63,225 bases of DNA from Negaprion brevirostris. Its lineage: Eukaryota. The stretch lies in NCBI GenBank assembly GCA_030324005.1, contig JARDVH010000157.1, positions 14,338,452-14,401,676 of the forward strand, written 5' to 3'. Below are positions 1-11,709 of this stretch, piece after piece. The translations under genes and the position numbers were made by a program. Numbering within the stretch: the first letter of the stretch is position 1; each line of letters starts with the position of its first letter. The notes below the pieces were generated by a model. That model was given only the letters and a program-made list of their open reading frames with translations, had not been told where the DNA came from and did not search any database.

Positions 1-125
1 AGGTGTATTGACCATGCTAAGTTCTCCGTCAGTGTACCCGAGCAGGCGCCGGAGTTTTTCGACTAGGAGATTTTCACAGTAACTTCATTGCAGTGCAAAC
101 CTACTTGTGACACTAATAAATAAAC
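1..125 (+). mobile_element. 3' end of V-SINE variant (ttcacagtaacttcattgcagtg...cttgtgacactaataaa tail)
   Basis: gctaa V-domain end followed by a tail also seen at 22285-22400 (minus) and 60760-60830. Confidence 0.7.
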
Positions 126-234
126 TTGACTTTATTGATCACCTTACAGTGTAGACTTTCCAAGCTCTCGCCCATGCAAAGCTTATAAGCTGATATTGGG
201 AAATCCCAGGCCTGGTTCATTGCGCTGATTCTTT

Positions 235-600
235 AATAGGATGTGAGGATTGCTGGAAAGGTCAGCATTTGTTGCCCATTTCTAATTGCCCTTGAACGCG
301 AATGGCCACTTTAGAGGGCAGTTAAGAGTCAACCACATTGCTGTGGCTCTGGATTTGCGTGTAGGCCACACTAGATAAGAATGGCAGATCTCCGTCCCTA
401 AAGGACATTAGTGAACCAGATGGGTTTTTACAACAATTGTTTCATGGTTACCAATACTGAGACAAGCTTTCAATTCCAGCTTTATTCACTGAATCCAAAT
501 TCCACCAGCTTTTGTGGTATGATTTGAATTCACTTCCCTAGGATATTAGTCTGGGCCTTCAGGTTACTAGCCCATTGACATTAACACCACACTCTGTCTC
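235..600 (-). mobile_element. Shark SINE relic
   Basis: Reverse complement of the element at 43130-43510 (gtcaaccacattgctgtg, aaggacattagtgaacc). Confidence 0.7.
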
Positions 601-875
601 CCCCATGTGTATGGTAAAGATCAGAGTTTGTATCAATTATAAATAAAAGAAATGCAAGTATGTTCACTATTTATGTCTGCCTCATTCACTACTTCTTTAT
701 GTTTGTGATGAGAACAATGCAAAACACTTCCAGATGGATTTAACTGGAGTTATTAACAGTTAGATGTGCTCATAGTAGGATATTTCCTCTCTCTTTCCCT
801 TCCTTGACTCTCCATGCAGCAGCTCCAAGCCCTAAACCACTAATGCTCTACAGCTTTGCATTAATATCATTATTA

Positions 876-1170
876 TCATAGAATCCTACAGTACAGAAGG
901 AGGCCATTTGACCCATCGAGTTTGCATCGACCACAATCCCACCCACGCTCTATCTCCATTTACCCTAGCTAGTCCCCCGACACTAAGGTACAATTCAGCA
1001 CAGCCAATCAACCAAACCTGCACATCTTTGGACTGTAGGAGGAAACCGGAGCACCCAGAGAAAATCCACGCAAACACGGGGGAAATGTGTAAACTCCACA
1101 CAGACAGAGACCCAAGCCGGGAATCGAACCTTGCGCTGTGAGGTAGCAGTGCTAACCACTGTGCCACCCA
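876..1170 (-). mobile_element. HE1-like tRNA-derived V-SINE
   Basis: Head ggtggcacagtggttagcactgct, V domain and ctgtaggattctatga tail on the minus strand. Confidence 0.88.
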
Positions 1171-2109
1171 TAATAGGTGAATGAGAAATGGATGGGGTTA
1201 GGAGAATGACCCTCCCACCGATCTCTTCATACTTACTCCAGGTGCTAAGTACATGAGCATAACAAGACAGAGAATGACAGAGAAAGACAGACAGAGACAG
1301 ATAGAGAGTTAGACAGAGACAGAGATGAATATGATACAATAACACTTCTGTAATAAATGCAATGTTACATTAATTCACAACAATTTCTCTTGCATTCAAA
1401 TGCTATGACAGTGTGAATTCTTTACCTTCATGACTATGTTGTTCAAATGGTGTCTTGTGAGCCAAGAAGTAGATAGCTTAATAGATATAATTAACAGAGC
1501 TTACATACAACATAAAGACTAGGAAAAGGAGAAATACTGGCTAATAAACCATACACAATTTTTTTTCATCTATCAGTAAATAGATTGCATATTGTCAATC
1601 TGTGAATTATCTTTAACTGGTTTTATGTGCAAAGTAAAATTGTATTTGTTGGGAAAATTATCTACAGTTTTCCCTGTTAATTGAAAAACTGCACAAGATT
1701 GATTTGATTTGATTCCAGAAAGGCGACAATGGAAATTTTGTATACATGTTGGTTTAATTTTTGATTTTGATACCTATCAACTAACAATGGAAAGGAGGTC
1801 TTGTTGAATTGATGGGCAATTAATCCAAAAGATATTTTGAAGAACTCATGAAGTTCTATATCACAGAAAATAGTCAAACAGGAAGTAGAATTTGCTGGTA
1901 ATTATTGTTGGTTTGAGTAAGCCACTTGCCAACTGCACTCTCAGGGTAATTAACTCATCAAGATGTTCCTTCAAGCATACTCTTTGACCCAGTTTTTGGT
2001 CATCTGTCCTAATATCTTGTGTTGCTCAATGCCAAACGTTGTTTGATAATGCTCCTGTAAAGTGCCTTGGAATGTATAATTTTATCAAGGTGCTACATAA
2101 GTACAAGTT

Positions 2110-2965
2110 AGAAACACAGAACAGTACAGCACAGCACAGGCCCTTCAGCCCTTGATGTTGTGCCGAGCTTTGTCCGAAACCAAGATCAAGCTACCCCACT
2201 CCCCATCATTCTGGTATACTCCATGTGCCTATCTAATAACTGCTTGAAAGTTCCTAAAGTGCTCGACTCCACTATCACAGCAGGCAACCCATTCCACACC
2301 CCAACCACTCTCTGAGTAAAGAACCTACCTCGGACATCTCTCCTATATCTCCCACATTATAGTTATGCCTCCGAGTAATAGCTATATCCACCTGAGGAAA
2401 TAGTCTCTGAACATCCACTCTATCTATCCCCCTCCTCATCTTATAAACCTNNNNNNNNNNNNNNNNNNNNNNNNNNNNNNNNNNNNNNNNNNNNNNNNNN
2501 NNNNNNNNNNNNNNNNNNNNNNNNNNNNNNNNNNNNNNNNNNNNNNNNNNCCTCTATTAAGTCGCCTCTCATTCTCCTTCACTCTAAAGAGAAAAGCCCT
2601 AGCTCCCTCAACCTTTCCTCATAAGACCTACCTTCCAAACCAAGCAGCATCCTGATAAATCTCCTCTGCACTCTCTCCAATGCCTCCACATCCTTCTTAT
2701 AGTGAGGTGACCAGAATTGCACATAATATTCCAAATGTGGTCTCACCAAGATTCTGTACGGTTGTAGCATAACCCCATGGCTCTTGAACTCTAACCCCCG
2801 TTAATAAACACTAACACACTATAGGTCTTCTTCATGGCTTTATCCACTTGAGTGGCAACCTTCAGAGACCTGTGGATATGAAGCCCAAGATCTCTCTGTT
2901 CTTCCACATTCCTCAGTACGCTGCCATTGACCCTGTAATCCGCATTCAAATTTGTCCTACCAAAA
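2110..2965 (-). mobile_element. CR1/HER1 LINE 3' fragment (RT C-terminus), gapped
   Basis: ORF pieces LVRPHLEYYVQFWSPHYKKDVEALERVQRRF and EEQRDLGLHIHRSLKVATQVDKA are CR1 hallmarks. Confidence 0.92.
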
Positions 2966-3004
2966 TGAATCAATTGTTGTTATAGAAAGTAACATAAGGA
3001 GTAG

Positions 3005-3275
3005 AATCATAGAATTTCTACAGTGTAGAGGAAGGTCATTTGGCCCATCGAGTCTGCACCAACCACGATCCCACCCAGGCCCTATTCCCGTAACCCCATG
3101 TATTTACTCTGTTAACCACATATCTTTAGAGTGGGAGGACACAGGAGGACTCGGAGGAAACCCACAGAGACACAGAGAGAATGTGCAAACTCCACACAAA
3201 TAGTGACCCAAGGTCAGAATTGAACCAGGATCCCTGGTGCTGTGAGGCAGCAATGCTAACCAGTGTGCCACTGCA
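3005..3275 (-). mobile_element. HE1-like V-SINE
   Basis: Same head and tail motifs as 876-1170. Confidence 0.82.
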
Positions 3276-3284
3276 CCCTGAAAC

Positions 3285-3592
3285 TTATTCCACCATTCAG
3301 TTAAATCATGGATGATCTGTACCCCAATTCCAGTTAATGGCTTTGCTTCAGTTATCCAACCTTATAGTTCAAATCTAACAAAAAACCCTCAGTTTTTTGG
3401 GGAGAGCATTCTGGATTTCCACAACCCTTTGTGTGAAAACATGCTTCTGACAACAAGTCTGAGCAGCCCAGCTGTAACGTTAAAGTTGTGCCTCCCTGTT
3501 CTAAACTCTCCCATCCGAGGAATAGTTTCTATCTCTCCAATGAAACTTTTAATCATGTTAACCACCTCAATTGGACCACCTCGCACACCCAA
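3285..3592 (-). mobile_element. Degraded CR1 3' end
   Basis: RGGPIEVVNMIKS...RTGRH...FSHKGLW..L motif. Confidence 0.7.
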
Positions 3593-4914
3593 TCATTAGA
3601 GCAGCTGCTGTTTGGAAGATAATTTTGTGCAAAATTAAATTAAATCTACTGGAGATTGATAATTGTTATTCTTCAAGACGTTATCCCTATAGTTGCTGGA
3701 TCACTGGGTGGGGGTGTACGGGCGGTGATAAGAGAGCACTAAATCCCATCCCCCCCACTCCCCAAATTGTAGCAATCACTACAATAGCCGTAGCTCACAA
3801 TTAGTCTGTTTCCTGCAGGTCTTGCACCACAATTGTGCTGCAGAATACTCAAAGCCATCTTGTGGAAAATTGACCTTTATTGCTGCTGGGAAATACAAGC
3901 CATTAATTATAAACTATAGTGCCATTTCAATTATTGCCTCCTTTTGTCCTTAATAATAAAAAGGTACGTTGAGGTTATCTAACCTTCTCATTTGTCAGCG
4001 GCTCTGCAACATTCTAATAATCTGAAATCCAATTAGCAGAGTCAGAGAGTGTTGGGCTGCATTAGACTGGTCTTGCCTTCTGCATAACAATTGTGCCATT
4101 ATCAGCACCTTGACTGTAACATGCAGGGTTAAAAAATATACACACTCGTCACAGTCCCCCCTTAACAGGCACCAATTAAATGAAATGAAGAAAATTGAAG
4201 CCAGTGATAATGATCAAGAGGAGGATGAGACGGAGGGGCAGTGGAAGTAAGAAGCGTTAAATTATAATGGTAAAGTAATGGCTCATTAAATTCTGTTATT
4301 CACACACTGCTGCAGACAAGCTGAATCTCCTTTAGTACTCTTAGTGGGAGGCTATCAGATGATAAGGTCAGATCATAGGACTAGATACAGCGGGAAACTG
4401 TTAATCACTTAATGTCTGTGCAAAGAGATTTTTTTTCCATTTTTCATTCTTTATGGGTTTAAGAGTAGTGCTAAGAGCCTTTCAAAAAAAATTGCCAGCA
4501 TGGAAAATCTGAGACATAATCTCTTCTGTCAGACGAATTACTGCCCAAGCACTGATCACAGAAAGAAAGGAAGAAAGAAGGTGCATTTATAGAGACCATT
4601 GAAAGCAGACAGATCAGCTGCAATTGTCAACTGCGAGAAGAGGTTGCTAATTTCGAGATGGCCTCTACGTCTGCTGCTGATCCTTAAACCCAAAATAATG
4701 GCTAGCCATGAAATCGGATTTGTGGGTCACTTGATGCTATGGTGGGTAAAGTGGCGTGGTACTGAACATTCCGAGCTTGGTGGCTCCGATTTGGATTTTT
4801 GATCTGTGAAAGGGTTCTGGTAATCACCAGGGTTGCCTGTCTTGATTCTTCCAAGCACCCCAGCTGGCTACTAGTGAAAGTTGTGATGCCACCTAATATC
4901 AAGAGACCGACTGA

Positions 4915-5045
4915 TAGCAGGTCTGACCAAGGGTCATCCAGACTTGGAACTGTTCTCTCTCCACAGCCGCTGTCAGACCTGCTGAGATTTTCCAGTATTT
5001 TCTGTTTTTGTTTCAGATTCCAACATCTCCAGTCATTTGCTGTTA
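4915..5045 (+). mobile_element. Penelope-like terminal fragment (second family)
   Basis: tctctccacag..gctgtcagacctgctgag..tttccag..ttttctgtttt, shared with 57690-57815 and 61900-62025. Confidence 0.55.
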
Positions 5046-7092
5046 TTTTAATTAATAGTCAACAACTCGGCTCAAAAAACAATAAAAGCTTGTGCTTATG
5101 TAGTGTCTTTAACATAGCAAAACATCCAACCCATCTCACAGGAAGGTAATCAAAAATAACCAGTTGGGTGAGATATTAGAGACTGCTGGGATAAGTGGGA
5201 TCACATTTCAGCAGGTGTTAGTGCCTGCAGGTAGGAGAGAGGAAATTAGTGAAATAAAACAGGATTTATATTTTCACTGACATGACAAGGAGGCTGGATA
5301 TGTTTTCGCTAGGGGTGGTGGGCATCGGTATAAAACAGTTTGGACGGCTAGCCTAGTATCTTCCTACCAACCCCCAAGCTGACCCCTGCAATATACTAGT
5401 TGGAATCACTGACATCAGCAGCCCACCTTCCATCATTCATTAAATAATCAAAGGTCAATTGGGCTTGTTGTAAGTCCACTGACCAGGCTATTATGCTGCT
5501 GGTACCATAATATAGCTAGCATGGGCAGGTGGGTAGAAGCGAGCAGGAACTTTGTCAGGCCAATGTGAAAACCTACAGAAAGGAAGAAGGGGGTGCCCTG
5601 AACTCATCAAGGGCACCCTCCCAAGGTATTACCCCCCTTCCTACTGCACTACCCTTCCTCTTGAACTTGATCCCCACTCCCTTTCTGAGCTCTCGGATCG
5701 ATCTTAAAATCCGGGGACTTATATTCCCGGGGCAGCCATGATCTTCTAGCTGCTCCTTCCTCTAGTCCTGGCAGTGCCCACTATTGAGCTCTGAGGTTGC
5801 TGGGATCACTGGAGCTGCTCTTCAGTCTGAGGGCATCCGCTGAGGGGAGGAAGTTTCATTCTGAACCAATGTAAACCTCCCCCCCACCATGAGTTATAGC
5901 TATGAGGTGGGCTCGTCCCAGTCTCATCGGCTTCTGACCGGCTTTTCTATGGTNNNNNNNNNNNNNNNNNNNNNNNNNNNNNNNNNNNNNNNNNNNNNNN
6001 NNNNNNNNNNNNNNNNNNNNNNNNNNNNNNNNNNNNNNNNNNNNNNNNNNNNNNNNNNNNNNNNNNNNNNNNNNNNNNNNNNNNNNNNNNNNNNNNNNNN
6101 NNNNNNNNNNNNNNNNNNNNNNNNNNNNNNNNNNNNNNNNNNNNNNNNNNNNNNNNNNNNNNNNNNNNNNNNNNNNNNNNNNNNNNNNNNNNNNNNNNNN
6201 NNNNNNNNNNNNNNNNNNNNNNNNNNNNNNNNNNNNNNNNNNNNNNNNNNNNNNNNNNNNNNNNNNNNNNNNNNNNNNNNNNNNNNNNNNNNNNNNNNNN
6301 NNNNNNNNNNNNNNNNNNNNNNNNNNNNNNNNNNNNNNNNNNNNNNNNNNNNNNNNNNNNNNNNNNNNNNNNNNNNNNNNNNNNNNNNNNNNNNNNNNNN
6401 NNNNNNNNNNNNNNNNNNNNNNNNNNNNNNNNNNNNNNNNNNNNNNNNNNNNNNNNNNNNNNNNNNNNNNNNNNNNNNNNNNNNNNNNNNNNNNNNNNNN
6501 NNNNNNNNNNNNNNNNNNNNNNNNNNNNNNNNNNNNNNNNNNNNNNNNNNNNNNNNNNNNNNNNNNNNNNNNNNNNNNNNNNNNNNNNNNNNNNNNNNNN
6601 NNNNNNNNNNNNNNNNNNNNNNNNNNNNNNNNNNNNNNNNNNNNNNNNNNNNNNNNNNNNNNNNNNNNNNNNNNNNNNNNNNNNNNNNNNNTATTTGATT
6701 GACTGTTTTGACTGATTGGGACACGAGCCTTCTACCTCTGTGTTGCCAACTTGCGTCAGAATGAATATGGAGCTAACTGGGACTGGTGTCCCACTTCTGT
6801 CAGTTCATTTCTCCCTGTGTGAGAGGCGGCGCAGGAATCCAGTGGGTTTCGCCTTATGTCAAACTCGAAAAAAATGACAACAGCTTCAATAAAACTGCCA
6901 CAGCAGCATGAAGCATTGGCACTTCAAAACGGCACGGCATGAATAGAGATGTGGCAACATACATAGAAACATCCGCAAAGCAGGAGTAGGCCATTTTGCC
7001 CTTCCAGACTCCTCCCCCGTTCATCTTGATCGCAGCTGATCATTAATTCAATATCCTGACTCCCTTCCCCCACCCCCATGCCCCCATATCCA

Positions 7093-7336
7093 TTGTAAAA
7101 AATTTAACAACACTAGGTTAAAGTCCAACCAGTTTATTTCACAATAAACCCACAAGCTTTCGGAAACGCTGTTCCTTCGTCAGGTGCACCACCCCCTCTG
7201 AGTTCCCCTACAGGTGTGCACCTGACGAAGGAACAGTGTTGTGGGTTTGTCATCAAATAAACAGGTTGGACTTTAACCTGGTGTTGTGAAACTTTTTACT
7301 GTGTTTACCCCAGTCCAACGCCGGCGTCTCCTCATC
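7093..7336. mobile_element. Penelope-like inverted pseudo-LTR pair carrying hammerhead motifs
   Basis: Left arm ~7095-7188 and right arm ~7217-7300 are inverted copies (caacac.aggttaaagtccaac / gttggactttaacctggtgttg) around a short spacer. Confidence 0.75.
7151..7186 (-). ncRNA. Minimal type I hammerhead ribozyme motif
   Basis: Minus strand CAC-CTGACGA-A-GGAA-CAGCGT-TTCC-GAAA-GCTT-GTG: intact core boxes, stem II GGAA/TTCC, stem I CAC/GTG, palindromic AGCT in place of stem III. Confidence 0.65.
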
Positions 7337-7787
7337 CTGATCTTGAGAAGCATGTATTGAAAATCATCAGAGTGCTTTCATTATTGGACATGCAATGTGT
7401 TTATACGCTTAACTAGGGCAAGTCAAGTCCTGAGACCAGGATCTTTAGAAGTTTCAAAAGACTTATAAGCCTTGATCTATGCTCAGTTACTTCGCTCTTG
7501 CTCTGCCAGTCAATAAGACCATGGACTGGTTTTCTCTCCTAACTCCACATTCCAGTCCTTTCTCCATATCACTTGATTCTATTTGTGTCCAAAAATCTCT
7601 TTTTGAATATATATAACTCAGCATCCTCGCCTTCTTTGGTCTAAAATTCCACATAGTCACAACTATTTGTGCAAGAGATTTCTCCTCATCTCAATGCTAA
7701 GTAGCTGACCCCATATCCTCACACTGTGCCTCCAAGTTCTAAACCCTCCAACTAGAAGAAACACCCTCTCAGCATCGATATTTAGGA

Positions 7788-8150
7788 GTAGCACGGTGGC
7801 ACAGTGGTTAGCACTGCTGCCTCACAGCGCCAGGGACCTTGGTTTGATTCCCACCTTGGATGATGTGTGGAGTTTGCATGTTCTCCCAGTGTCTAAGTGG
7901 GTTTCCTCTGGGTGCTCCAGTTTCCTCCCACAGTCCAAAAATGTGCGGGTTAGGTTGACTGGCCATGATAAATTGCCCTTTATTGTTCCAAAATGTGTAG
8001 GTTAGGTGGATTGGCCATGCTAAATTGTCCCTTAGTGTCAGGGGGATTTGCAGGGTAAATACGTGGAGTTATGGGGATAGGACCTGTGTGGGAATGTTGT
8101 CAGTGCAGGCTCGATGGACCAAATGGCTGACTTCTGCACTGTAGGGATTC
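7788..8150 (+). mobile_element. HE1-like V-SINE
   Basis: Full head, duplicated V-domain segment (ttggccatg.taaattg twice) and tail ctgtagggattcta. Confidence 0.9.
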
Positions 8151-8359
8151 TAAGACCCTGTCAAGTGCAGCTCCCCAGAGTTGGCAGAGGCAGCGTGAAG
8201 CTCAATCATACAGCCTTGAAGAACACAATCCAATTTACAGTTTGTGTTGTCACATAAGCAGTGAGGGAATCTCACTATCTCTGAATTAGAGTTGGATTTC
8301 ATTGAGATAATGGCCCAAATCTTTGGCGGAGTGGCAATTGCCTTTGCAAGGGATAAGGC

Positions 8360-8520
8360 AGCAGGTGGGTAGGGTGACAGGTAGACAGCTGGGTAGGGCA
8401 GTAGGTAGGTAGGGTAACAAGGTGGCAGCTGGGTAAGGTGGTACATGGGTAGGATGACAGGTGGATGAGGTGGTAGGGAGGGGAGGTGGGTATTGTGGGT
8501 AGGGTGAATGAGTGAGTCGG
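8360..8520 (+). repeat. Degenerate G-rich (gggtag-like) low-complexity repeat
   Basis: Repeated ggtagggtg/gggtagg units. Confidence 0.7.
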
Positions 8521-9509
8521 TAATATCAGTGTCCATGTTGGTGTTTGAATCATAAAAGTGGCTAGCCCAAGAAGCTTGGAATTCTCAGCAGTTTAAGAGT
8601 TAACAACACATGTTCTGTGCACAAACACATTGACGTCAAATAGTTATGGCTTATTCTACTCCATTCCACCCTTAATTATTGGTTTAATTGGTGATTTTCT
8701 ACTTGGGTGGTAATGCTTTACATCTGTGATTAAATCAGAACTGAAAACAATGCAAGAAGTACAGTTAACAACCAAAATTTTACCAATAGATGCTAATCGT
8801 GTTAAAACACTACACTCAAATAGGGACTATTAAAGCAACCTGCACATTCGACATAGTTTCTGCTAAAATTAAATATAAACATAATTTACTTTTGAAANNN
8901 NNNNNNNNNNNNNNNNNNNNNNNNNNNNNNNNNNNNNNNNNNNNNNNNNNNNNNNNNNNNNNNNNNAAACAAAAGCAGAGCTGGAAGGAAATCCAGAACA
9001 AATGAGTTTCCTAATTTTACTCACGATAAAGGCAGCTTCAATGCAAACTGATTTTTGAGATGCTTTGCCTGGAAAACGTCAGCTTAACTTCTCATTTTGG
9101 TGAAAAGTAGACAGAAGAGAATAAGATGATAGACAAAATAAACTAAATGTACAGTTTTTTTCCTGGAAAGCTTCCTCTGATGAACCACAAGCCAGAATAG
9201 ATTACCCACTGTCTACCCTCAAAGCTACAGGAGAACCAGGCTTTGTGGTACAACATCTTTGCCAGTTGGCAATGCTATTTCTCACCATCCCATTTTCTCC
9301 TCACTTTGCCTCTGAGGGCGGAATTTACTGCAGGCAATGGGAGTCCCTCTTGCTGGCTAGACAGCTGGCAAGAGCCCCAAGTCATCTCCTTTGTGGAAGA
9401 TCTGCTTAATTAAATGTTTCTCAGGAACCACGGTGGCCAGTGCTGAAACTGCTTCAAGATCAAGGATCCAAGGGGCAGAAATACACCTTACAATGGACTG
9501 CAAAACACT

Positions 9510-10355
9510 AAAGTATCACTGTACTGCAGGGTACTGGAGTATGTATGCATTGCAGAGTACTGGAGTATCAATGTACTGCAGGGTAATGGACTATGAATGC
9601 ACTGCAGGGTACTNNNNNNNNNNNNNNNNNNNNNNNNNNNNNNNNNNNNNNNNNNNNNNNNNNNNNNNNNNNNNNNNNNNNNNNNNNNNNNNNNNNNNNN
9701 NNNNNNNNNNNNNNNNNNNNNNNNNNNNNNNNNNNNNNNNNNNNNNNNNNNNNNNNNNNNNNNNNNNNNNNNNNNNNNNNNNNNNNNNNNNNNNNNNNNN
9801 NNNNNNNNNNNNNNNNNNNNNNNNNNNNNNNNNNNNNNNNNNNNNNNNNNNNNNNNNNNNNNNNNNNNNNNNNNNNNNNNNNNNNNNNNNNNNNNNNNNN
9901 NNNNNNNNNNNNNNNNNNNNNNNNNNNNNNNNNNNNNNNNNNNNNNNNNNNNNNNNNNNNNNNNNNNNNNNNNNNNNNNNNNNNNNNNNNNNNNNNNNNN
10001 NNNNNNNNNNNNNNNNNNNNNNNNNNNNNNNNNNNNNCAGAATAGTGGGGTATCAAAGGACTGCCGGGTACTGGAGGATCAATGTAGTGCGGGGTACTGG
10101 AGTATCAATGTACTGCAGGGTACTGGAGTATCAATGTGCTGCATGATAGTGGGGTATGCATGTACTGCAGGATACTTGGGGTGTTAATGTACTGCAGGAT
10201 ACTGGAGTATCAATGTACTGCAGGATACTGTGGTATCAATGTGTTGCAGGGTACTGGGATATCAATGTACAGCGGGGTACTGGAGTATCAATGTACTGCA
10301 GGATACTGGGGTATCAGTGTACTGGAGGATATTGCATTACATGTGTACTGCAGTA
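9510..10355 (+). repeat. 26-bp minisatellite spanning a gap
   Basis: Unit tactgcagggtactggagtatcaatg repeated with variants on both sides of the N run. Confidence 0.92.
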
Positions 10356-10594
10356 TAAGTGCACTGGCCTCGAACTTCCTACTGATCACCAGCCTTGCTG
10401 TCCCCTTGGCACAGCCTGGTGCCTGGTGCCTAACAGGCAGTACCAGGCTGTCAGGCTGCCTCCCTGCCCTTGACCTCCCAGAGGGCCTTAATGGCTTCCG
10501 GTCCCAACATCGAGGATATCATGCCTGGCCCACATTGTTGGGGACCATATATGATCCCTGCTGGTGTGGACCTCCACTGGGGGGGTTAGAAACA

Positions 10595-11705
10595 TAAGTG
10601 AACCTGGATGATACCAATACCTTAGATTTAAATGAGACTATGAATATTGTAATAAGCCTCGTACTGTTCCCCGTTATGCGACTGATTATGTCAGAAGAGA
10701 TGATCCAGGAAGATTGTGACCGGTCAGATGCCAGTTGCAATTCTCGTTGTTGGTCTCCTGCTTAAATAGCTTAGTGGGCTGGGAAAATCACGCCCGCTGT
10801 CTTTCAGATATTATGTCAATGTCCTCTCTGGTAGACTCGAATGGCCCAATATTGAACTTAAGATCAAAACCTATCCCTCAACCAACATTGCAAGAACAGT
10901 TGAACTTTTCATTACCATATTGCTGTTTNNNNNNNNNNNTTGTTCAGAAATTGCCAGCTGAATTTCCACATACGACAGAGACTACACTATCATAGTGCAG
11001 TCATTGGCTGTCATTCGGGGGATAGCACAAGATATTGAAAGTGGATATATACACAAGCTTGTTTCATTCTTTCTTAATCATGAGTTGAGACTCATATAAT
11101 AACTGTACCTTGGGTAAGGTGCAAACAACTTGTGTTGCCCAACTCCAAAATGAGTCAGCAGCTTCAAGAGCAGAAGGGCAAGGGGAGAAATATGGGGGGA
11201 GGGACTGGGCAACAATAAAATTTGGAACCTCATGCAATACCTCCCACTATCATGAGAATCACAGCCAGATACTCAAAGGGAATACAGAGTGACAGGGAGC
11301 TATCTGTCTAACATTAAACAACCAGTCCAAAGAAAGATTATGAATGAGCTCTGCCTGGAACAGGTCAGGTTGACCGATCACTTTGGTAAACTGTAAACAG
11401 GACAGTGTAAACTTTAATCTGCACAGGATAATAAAGGCAGATCTTCTAAGAGGCATTTTCCAGCACAGTTAATCTTCCGTATAAAGATGAACACAGGTTT
11501 GAAACACTGTTGATTTCTGTCACAATTGATACCTGCTTCAATTGTGACAGAATTGTGACAGAATTGGTTGTACAGCTATTCCAGCACAACATAGTAGACA
11601 TCTGTAAATCATTGTGCCCAAGGCAATGTCGTATGATCCATTTGCTAATGGAACTTAGCAAATTTCCATATTTTGCAGACGAACCTGAACAAAGTTTTCT
11701 TCAAA
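10595..11705 (+). mobile_element. Heavily decayed non-LTR retrotransposon ORF, probably R4/Dong/Rex6 clade (RT C-terminus to zinc knuckle)
   Basis: Ordered motifs across frameshifts: YQYL, DYVRR/RKIVTGQM, PLSFRYY..GRLEWPNIELKIKT, and C..C...QHNIVDICKSLCPRQCRMIH. Confidence 0.5.
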
Positions 11706-11709
11706 TGAC

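Noticed and set aside
5889-6724. Long ORFs in the track (also at 9391, 18663, 36707, 60095)
   Set aside because: They are open only because they run through N gaps.
7790-7860. tRNA gene
   Set aside because: A and B boxes belong to a tRNA-derived SINE head and continue into the SINE body; no complete cloverleaf.
7796-8005. Recurrent MAQWLALLPHSARD ORFs as a gene family
   Set aside because: They are translations of the V-SINE head, not genes.
10595-11705. Endogenous Mononegavirales L-protein fragment (KTYPSTNIARTVELF resembles the methyltransferase motif)
   Set aside because: Only one motif fits and there is no GxGxG; several ordered R4-clade motifs explain the region better. Not formally excluded without a search.
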